DNA of 61,530 nucleotides, counting the filler, from Choristocarpus tenellus KU-1152 (lineage: Eukaryota > Protista > Phaeophyceae): the NCBI GenBank assembly GCA_964200185.2. It is 15 parts of 15 records of this genome, joined end to end, with 100 filler letters (N's around TTAATTAATTAA, not from the genome) between each part and the next. Parts side by side here need not be neighbours in the genome. Positions count along the whole stretch, not along the records: positions 50,282 to 55,522 come from CAXNAD020011382.1; positions 55,623 to 58,127 come from CAXNAD020027249.1; positions 58,228 to 61,530 come from CAXNAD020020930.1; 12 more parts are not named here. One strand, 5' to 3'. The notes beneath the pieces were generated by a model, which was not told the origin of the DNA, did not search any database, and saw only the letters and a list, made by a program, of their open reading frames with translations. This document shows, in pieces, positions 52,856 through 61,530 of this stretch (positions are counted from its first letter, which is position 1; every line of letters starts with the position of its first letter). The position numbers and the translations under genes were made by a program.

Positions 52856-54534
52856 TCATCCAGAGTAATCACTATCCATTTCAGCCTCCTCATCATCATC
52901 CCCCTCCTCCTCTAAGTTATCGTCGCCCCCACTGCTTGCCTTGCGCCTTTTTGGTGCTGACCCCTTCGCTCCCCTCCCCCGTCTCTTCTTCTGGACAGGC
53001 TCATCCTCACTATCATCTCCATCCTCTTCATCATCACTGTCCTCCTCCTCCTCGTCATCATCATCATCATCATCATCATCCCCATCACTCTCCTCACTGC
53101 TGCTTCCATCACCCTCACTATCATCCTCATCATCAGAGTCTGAACCATCATCCTCATCCTCCTCATCCTCCTCCTCCTCCTCCTCCTCCTCCTCCTCCTC
53201 CTCCTCCTCCTTTACCACATTGGCCTTATTTTTCCCCTTCAAAGGAGACAACACAGACTTACCTGCCAATGCTGTGTCTGCCCCTCGTCCAGAAGGGAGG
53301 CCAAGCCTGCCCCCAGCACCCTTGGGGTCAAGCAATGTCTCATAGGAAAACTCCCAGTCTGGGGGAACGTTCATAGCCCACACAAACTTATCTCGAAGTG
53401 TCTTGGCAAACACCTGTACACAGCAAAGAACAAGACAGTACTTTATAGAGCATGGTCTTTCAAAGGAACAAAAAAACTCTGCTGTATAACTTCCCATGCT
53501 AACAGCCCACATCAAGACAACAGCCCGCATCAAGACAATGAAATAAACCATTTCGTAAGTAAAATTGTTCATCAGTGGCAACCACCCCCCACCCACATGA
53601 ATGTGAATGGCAACAAGGATAAGGTGGTTTGTAAAATGTTCTATTTGAACCTTCACCACAAAAAGCCTCACAACATACATCTATCTTCTCTCAAAAGGCA
53701 TCACAAGGACGCTTAAGCCATAACGCTGTATCGTAGATTGAAAGTCTAGAGGATAAACTGGAGATCTGTGTAAAGAGTGATACTCCCTGCTGGTATTAAT
53801 AGTCTCCATCTCACCACACATGGTATGTGGCACATGGTACAACAATGGCAACAAGCATGATAAACACAGACCAGCAGTATTGAACTACTGGAGTATCCAG
53901 AAACAATAGGGGGTTAATGTGTTGAAAACGATACACACCAGCACACTCATTGACACAAACAGCCATGTGGGTGCATTTTCAGACCTATCAGTCAAGATAG
54001 GCAAACAAACACACAAACAAGGGATGAGGTATTCCACAACAAGAAACCCACACGCTCGTAAGAACTTCTAGAAAGGTGAACTCAGAACACTTTCTTTTAA
54101 CACATACTCAAATCCAACTTCCTCACCGGTCACAAATAGCAACACGCCGTTGAATACTCACTACAAACACTACAAAAATAAAAAATAAAAACGTGGCTAA
54201 CCTCACGACAACACGTCACAACTCTTTTTTTCATTTCTTAGGCTGGTACAGGCATCCTCCCTGCCAGGTGGGAAAACAATCAAAGATGCCCCGAGGACAT
54301 AGGACACACAGACATCTCCCCAGCCCCAGCCCATTCATGGCCAGCTTAAACATGTGGTGACCAGCCAGAGATGACAGCAGAGGGATGGGGGGTGGGGGGG
54401 AAACATAGGCTTACCTTCTCTACAGGGACCTCGTTCCTCTTACACCAGGCAACACTAATACGAGGGTCCATATAGTTGATCTTAGACGTGCCAAGGGCCA
54501 CCTCCTTATTATCATCTCGATTACGGATGTCAAT
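52856..54534 (-). CDS. TOP1: DNA topoisomerase IB, last two visible exons: join(54415..54534, 52856..53413), with acidic C-terminal extension
   Basis: Exon 54534-54415 (cag|ATT...AAG|gtaag) encodes [40 protein letters not shown], including the catalytic SKINY tyrosine. It splices in phase 0 to cag|[24 protein letters not shown]. The frame stays open to the stop at 52856. Confidence 0.93.
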
Positions 54535-54563
54535 CTGAGTGTGCATATGATACAAACAGGGCA

Positions 54564-54685
54564 GTGTGGGTATGGGAAAGGAGTAGGTGCATATAGTGTG
54601 GGTATGGGAAGGGAGTAGGTGCATATAGTGTGGGTATGGGAAGAGAGTAAGTGCATATAGTGTGGGTATGGGAAGGGAGTAGGTG
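54564..54685. repeat. 32-bp intronic minisatellite, about 3.8 copies, next to the TOP1 acceptor site
   Basis: GTGTGGGTATGGGAAGGGAGTAGGTGCATATA. Confidence 0.9.
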
Positions 54686-54982
54686 AGGCGCACTTCCAAG
54701 TCGAATTGCTGCAGAGAATATGGGCTGATGACAAATCTGTTTCAGCAAGCTCTGATTGAGGGCAGAAGTTGAGTAGACAAGAGATTAGTGTATGGAAATC
54801 AAGGTCATTGCAAGACAGTACCTTTCATGTCATAAGGCAAAGCAAGAAAATTGGACAGTAAGCATACTCAATTAAACAAGCCTCAGAGACAACTAGGGTA
54901 TGGAAAGAATGGAGGATCAAGAGTCAAGAGGACCGAAACATGTGTACCATAGTTTACTATCTTACTTACAGGAAAATCAACT

Positions 54983-55267
54983 GATTGAAAGCATCTTAGA
55001 GGGTACGAGTTTTACCCTGTTTGTCCATTTGAGGCTTGGCTTTCCCCTATGGTTTTATATCACATTTTACCTATTCCAAAATGTTTCGGAGTATTAGATA
55101 AAATGTGTACGCTATGAAGTAGGTATCATGTGTATGTCTGGAACAAGGATATTGAAACTTCCTAACAAACACGATAGCCAAAATTACATCAAAATTACAT
55201 CAAAATCACAACATCGGATTTTGGCCCCCAAACGGACACGGCTCTACCCCCTAAGATACTTTGACTC
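54983..55267. mobile_element. MITE family B, upstream of the visible TOP1 exons (likely intronic)
   Basis: TIRs and internal sequence match; TSD not preserved. Confidence 0.8.
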
Positions 55268-56134
55268 AGTACAGGTGCTACTGTTTGCCTAGTGTTTCGA
55301 ATCATGTCAATGGTAGACGGAAATCAAAGACTGGGGAGCTACACAGCTAGTACATAGACCACCACCCCACTAACCACACGCTCTCCCCATGCAGTGATCT
55401 CAATCTTTACATTACCCCCCTCTGTTCCTGAACCCTTCCCCTGCTCTATATTTATCCTCCTGCTACCAGGAATTAGGAAAGCGGTCCAGTGGAGATTCAA
55501 TCCCGGGTCAAAGTATCTGGGGNNNNNNNNNNNNNNNNNNNNNNNNNNNNNNNNNNNNNNNNNNNNTTAATTAATTAANNNNNNNNNNNNNNNNNNNNNN
55601 NNNNNNNNNNNNNNNNNNNNNNAATTGTATAGTATAGTATACGTCACTTGAGTTGCATCACATATTGGTTCAACTTTGTTCTGTTGTTCTCTCGTTTGTT
55701 TTTCTTTCACTCTTTCTTCTTATTAATAAAGATGACAGTTGGACGTTGATGGTTGATTATTATTTCTTTCGTGACTGCCATTGATCCCTCAAATTGCACC
55801 AAACTCACACATGGACGTAATATAATCAGAGTTAAAACCATCCGTGGAAACCCTTGCCAGCCAAGGAAACAAGCCTCTCCACAGAGCATGGACTTCTTTC
55901 GGTGAGTATCACACGAAAGAACACCGAATTCCCATCACATCATTGTGGATTGAGCAACCAAGAATACTGAATTCCCATCGCATCATTCTTGACTGAGAAA
56001 TCAATGACCTCAGTTACAACAGAAAAAATACATCATCGGTGCTTTGCAACACCATAATTCCTCATCGCTCGTAGTCTACGCATTTTGCTTACATGCACGA
56101 TGCATTCGATTCAGGATTCAACATTCTTTCCATG

Positions 56135-57960
56135 TTTAGCAAGGGGATCGTGTGAGGCTTCACACCTTCTTGTCTTCACTACTACTGATAAATAGGATTA
56201 ACCTCCCAAGTTATATTGCACAGGCTATGAGCCTTAGTAGTGTGGAGAAAAGGAACAGGTGATAGGCCTCAACGACATGAAGAAGTTGCCCAACTGAACT
56301 ACAGCGCCAGCACGACCAGTGGAACCTTAGACAACATGGAGATTATCTCTGGTGGAATATGCCAGCGAAAGGGTCTGTGAGACATCCTGTGGCGAAAATA
56401 CGTCGTCCTGGACTCACAGAGATACTAACGGAACAGGAACGAACATCGCACTGGAACTACGAAAGAGGAATCAATGAAGGGTGTGGGGAGGACAAGATTC
56501 CCATGTAGCTCAACAAAGGACGCACGAAGGACGAGATCCCCATGCAGCTCAACGGAGGATGCGCAGAGGACGAGATCCCTGTGCAGCTCATCATCACAAG
56601 ACCCAATAGAAGCTACAGGAAGTTGAAACGGGCAATAGTCTCATCATCGTCATACCAACAAAGTGGATCTACACCTTCGGCAAAAATGGGAAGCTGGAGG
56701 CTAAGGAGACATGATATATGGTACGATTGATAATGAGAAAGAACTGGAGGTCAAGGGGGACGCTTTGGGTACCTGATATGCCATGCCGAATATTGAGCGC
56801 TAGGACTCTGTGACAAGATGACGGAGATAATCGAAGCATTGCAGCCGAAGCTGCAACCCTGAGCCTGAGTCTGAGCCACAAAAATCTGCCTATGGACTTG
56901 GAGCAGTCGTCGCAACACTTGTCCCTGAGGGGGCATGCCCATCGATTGGAGACCCAAGATTCTTGCTTACGGAATGAGAAAGGCAATTGCTGTACCTGCC
57001 ACTAGGGGAGCAGGACATTAGCAGGAGCAGTACCTAAGCCTCCACCGGAAAGGAAAGGAGGAGCTAACGGCCGGGAGCCTGGGAGCACTCTAGCCGCTGG
57101 GACCATTAACTCGTGGAAGAGAACACAGAAGGTCAGTGGAGGAGGCGGCCAAGGTACAACTGGTCAACGTACGGACCATATTACAACGGGATCCCCTACC
57201 AGGGACGAGATCAGGACCAATATAAGATGTTTAAACTGTGTGGACTGATCAAGCACACTGCTCCTTATTCTTTCGAAGGAATATGCTACAACTGTGGAGA
57301 TAAAGGACACCGTCAGATTGTTTGTCGCCAGAGGAGAGCAACACCATCTAAACAAGCGGAGGAATTAGCTGGAGCAGGGTTGGAGCCAGAAAAGAAAAAC
57401 AGAGGAAGGCTGTCAGCAAAGGGCTGGCCAGCACAAGACTTGTAAGTCTGGGGAGTAAATAATATCTACTCCAGACCATCAAGAACCATTTTCTATATCG
57501 GAGTCACTCACGGGGTCTGACACGCGAGAATGACAAGTGGCAATGAAGAAGATGGAGCAACAATGGGTGAAAGGAACATTCATAGAGGGAGATGTTTTGA
57601 CATGGGGAAGAAATCCTGTCAAGACTAAGTCCGAATTTAAGACCAAGTCAACAGCTGAGGGGACCATTGAACAGTTAAAGGCCAGGTTGGTGGCAGAGGA
57701 CTTCACTCAACAAGAGGATTTACAAAACATTCAACTATGAATGGCTTCAAGCCTGGGGGAGTGAGTGCTACGTCCAACAAGAGGATTTACAAAACATTCA
57801 ACTATGAATGGCTTCAAGCCTGGGGGAGTGAGTGCTACGTCCAACAAGAGAAACAGCAGAGGGGGGCTGGTTCAAATTTTCACCCATACACGAAGCAAGA
57901 GATTATTATGGGACACAATTGTACATTTAAAGAAATGGGCACAAGACTTCGTAGACACAG
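56135..57960 (+). mobile_element. Internally deleted or rearranged Ty1/Copia element
   Basis: LTR end TGCACA (56222) followed by PBS-like GGCTATGAGCC. Zinc knuckle CYNCGDKGHRQIVC, RT start PVKTKSEFKTK...LKARLVAEDFTQ and post-integrase motif LQAWGSECYV are present. Confidence 0.8.
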
Positions 57961-59500
57961 TATTGACTAGATTAATGACGTATGTTAGAGGTCAAGCAAT
58001 GAGTGAAAGTATCTCAGAGGGTACGAGTCTTGCCCTGTTTGTCCATTTGGGGTTTGGCTTCCCTCGGGGTTTTGGATCAAAGTATCTGGCGGGGGGGTGT
58101 CGGCGTCCGTTTTTCACCCTTTTTTCGNNNNNNNNNNNNNNNNNNNNNNNNNNNNNNNNNNNNNNNNNNNNTTAATTAATTAANNNNNNNNNNNNNNNNN
58201 NNNNNNNNNNNNNNNNNNNNNNNNNNNGAGGGGGGGGGGGTAAGTGCTGTTTTGTTCACAGGGTGTGTGTGCATATTTTATGTTCGAGGTATTTATTATT
58301 ATTATTATTATTATTACTATTGAGATGTTGCATTTGATTCCTTGGACACTTCTAACACAGTTTGTGAAAATGTTGTCTCTGAAGATCAAAGCGTTTGGGT
58401 TGTGGGCATGCAGTGAGTCTATGTGTGCGTGTGTGTGTTTGTAAGACTTCAAAAAATAAAAAAATAAAATGTTCTGATTTTTGATTTGTCATGAGGAAGG
58501 GGAAGTACCTGAGTACCTGTGCGGTGGGTATAGTGTTTTTATTTTCGTTTTTATTTATTTTTAGACGAGTTGTGTAGAAGAAGGTTTCTTCTTCTTTTCT
58601 TTCATTTTTGTGGATATTTAAATATATTTGTACTGCTTGTAGTAAGTGTACTTAATGTACACGCAGAGGAGTGCGAAAACCACCACCTTTAAAAAAAAAA
58701 TGAAAAGAATTTTCCATATATATTTTTTTTTTTTAATTCTCAACCACGCCGTTTTTTCCGCTGCATATTTTCACATGCCTCGATCAAATCGAGAAAATTT
58801 GAATCTTGAAACTGCATTGTCAGGTGTGGCAGTCAGTGCAACCCATACCCCCTAGGTACTTGCTGCATGATGCCGAATCAAAAACCGTGAGATGAATGCA
58901 GACTCTTAATAGTCCCGAGATAATCCCGATGCGTGCTCCTAATTTGCAAATTTTTGAGACCGATTTTTTTTGTGTGTGTACCCCGTAGGAGGAAGCTTTT
59001 TTTTTTGCTTTTTTTTGCATTTTATGGGGTTAGGGTTAGAGTTAGGGTTTTTTGTTATTGTTGTTGAATGACCCGAGTAGAGGGCTTTTTATCCGCATTC
59101 TATTGAATTAGCACTGAGTTTTTGCAAAATAAAATAAAATATATATATATCTGTCATTTTTTTGCTTTTCAGTTAAAGAAAAAATGAAATTGAGGTATGT
59201 ATTTGATTGACCCTGTGTCTTTTTTTGTCGTTGTTGTAAAGAGGGGGTTGTGTGGAACAGGATTGTAAAAAACAGTTGACTGTTCGTTGTGTGATGTTGG
59301 GAGTGGTGCAGAAGAAATAATTGAGGTAACGATAGTATGCAAAGTCTTTTTTTATATTCTGGCACTCTGAAGGAGAAGGAGAAGAAGGCAAGAATGTCCA
59401 TTTGATCGTCTGGCTGTTTGGGTGTGAAAGGGAAGCGGTTCCTTCCTCACAGGACATGCTTGATTGAAAACTGTTCCCCCTGTCAGATTGTACGACCTCT

Positions 59501-59826
59501 GTTTGAAGTATGTGTTTGGAGTATGTCATTTTAGAATCTGAATGTTTGAAGTATGTGTTTGGAGTATGTCATTTTAGAATCTGAATGTTTGAAGTATGTG
59601 TTTGGAGTATGTCCTTTTAGAATCTGAATGTTTGAAGTATGTGTTTGGAGTATGTCCTTTTAAAATATAAATGTTTGAAGTATGTGTTTGGAGTATGTCC
59701 TTTTAGAATCTGAATGTTTGAAGTATGTGTTTGGAGTATGTCCTTTTAGAATCTGAATGTTTGAAGTATGTGTTTGGAGTATGTCCTTTTAAAATATTAA
59801 TGTTTGAAGTATGTGTTTGAAGTATG
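59501..59826. repeat. 43-bp tandem repeat, about 7.5 copies
   Basis: Unit GTTTGAAGTATGTGTTTGGAGTATGTC(A/C)TTTTAGAATCTGAAT, head-to-tail. Confidence 0.95.
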
Positions 59827-60074
59827 CCCTCGTGGCTGGACACAAAAACAACCTCGAGTGTAGTTGTTGTGCTATTGGCCCAAGCTTGATGCTTCACAGT
59901 CATTTTTTTTTAAGTTTACTTGCAACGGGACTACAGTTGTTGTGGTGGTAGTACTTTTCATAAAGCCAGGGCAGGCGTTCAGGACCTGTGGTGTGCATCC
60001 TTTTACTAATTACTTTGGAGGTTTATGTTTTTCAGACATGGTTATATATTGCAACAAATGTTTGATCTATTCGT

Positions 60075-60380
60075 AATATATGTTGGTTGTAGTGTATACA
60101 CATACTATGGAGCTTACAGTATTTACATACATACATATATATTGCTGCGTATGTATGATTTATATGTAGCATATGTTAGTTGTGGTATATATACATACTA
60201 TGGAGCTTACAGTATTTACATACATACATACATTGCTGCGTATGTATGATTTATATGTAGCATATGTTAGTTGTAGTATATATACATACTATGGAGCTTA
60301 CAGTATTTACATACATATATTGCAACATTAGGTGTGATATATATGTAGCATATGTTAGCTGTAGTATATACACATATACA
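60075..60380. repeat. About 91-bp tandem repeat, about 3.3 copies
   Basis: Recurring CATACTATGGAGCTTACAGTATTTACATACATA. Confidence 0.9.
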
Positions 60381-61530
60381 TCCTCTTCTTGTCAGTGATA
60401 TTCATACATATATCATTTAGACTAGAAAAAGAATGAGACCGGTGCCGCAGTTAGGGTTAGGTTTTGCTTTAGCAGAGTGGCGTTTGCTTTTCTTAGACCA
60501 CGCTTTCCAGACGGACCAATCAAAGGCACCCCAGGAAATGCTGCTGTCCCTGACTGACTGGCTGACAAACTAGGTTAATTTGTAGTAGTTGTGTGTTTTG
60601 TGTCTAGCGAGGTTTTGTAAAATTTGACCTAGGCGTTTTTTCCCCTCATGTATGTATGTCTGCCATACTGCACAACCTGTGTACCTGTCTGCACCCGATG
60701 AGTCTAGGATGTATAACATATTTTATTTTATTTTATTACTATTATTACTTTTAAGAATAATAATGAAAGTGAGACTGATTTGGGGGGGGGGAGTAATCAA
60801 CGAGATGAGTGGGATAGATGCACAGTCGGCGGAGGGATGAGTTTTTTTGTTTGCCTCCCTGTGTTGAAGTTGAAGTTGAAGTTGTGCCCCTGTTCCATGA
60901 TGACCTAGAGGGGGGAAACTGAAAAGTGGGTGGGTAGACAAAGGGGGATGAATGAACGCCGGCACATTTGATGACTCAGGTCACGGGTGAAGGTCTTGAG
61001 TGATTTTGCTTGTGTGTTGAGACCTGCGGTGCTCCCATGTGAGCATTTATTTATTTATTTCTGTTGGAAGATTCTTCTGGGCTGATTGGTCCGTGTTTTA
61101 TGTCAGCCCTGTTTTCTGCGCCAGCAATTGCACGACATAGCCTCTTTACGGCCTCTGAGTGAAAAATAATATTTAAAAGAGTCGTCACGATCACGTAGCG
61201 GATCGCTCAGGTTTTTTTTTTTTTTAATACATTAAATGTAAAAAAGGTAACCGTTTTTTAAGAGGCGTGTCGGGCCTAAAAAATGGCTTGCCACACGCCC
61301 CCCTTTTTTCTTCTTATTTTATCAGGGTTTGCACTGCGAGGCAGGCGTGACGGGCAATGAGGAACGTTAGAAGTGGGGTCTGCCTCGAGCAACGATGTCT
61401 TGAAGCAGGGCAACGACTGCGCTTACATTGATCGATATGCGTATTGCCAGGCGTTGCCGTGATCCTTGGAATCCAAAGAAATTTCCTCACGAGAAAGAAG
61501 GAGAGTGTATCCATGGATTTAGCCCCCCCC

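Noticed and set aside
52936-53376. Plus-strand poly-Pro/His and poly-Ser ORFs
   Set aside because: Antisense shadows of the TOP1 acidic tract.
59501-59826. CRISPR-like array (also 51079-51201 and 54564-54685)
   Set aside because: Units are head-to-tail with no unique spacers, there are no cas genes, and the context is eukaryotic.

Overview
Eukaryotic, repeat-rich DNA. GT-AG introns, interstitial TTAGGG/CCCTAA and the transposon repertoire suggest a stramenopile, probably a brown alga (inference). The window is a string of 15 short contigs (about 2.7-6.6 kb) joined by an artificial 100-bp spacer (44 N + TTAATTAATTAA + 44 N), so adjacency across gaps is not evidence of synteny. The only confidently named host gene is the 3' end of DNA topoisomerase IB (TOP1), which appears to carry a long acidic C-terminal tail. 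A TRAF-zinc-finger exon and a few unassigned exons are also present. Most of the rest is transposon-derived: a chromodomain Ty3/Gypsy pol, three Ty1/Copia remnants, two solo LTRs with clean 5-bp TSDs, a CRE-like non-LTR fragment, mariner and IS630/Tc1-like fragments, and at least four MITE families. Best candidate for an undescribed system: an intron-containing Sola-like (DUF7869-type) DDE transposase at 8841-11050. It co-occurs with two copies of an unknown spliced gene with Tudor/SH3-like modules and with two abundant MITE families sharing an AAAGTATCT terminal core. These may be parts of one chromatin-reading DNA-transposon family; that link is a hypothesis. All family assignments are from motif recognition by eye, with no database searches.
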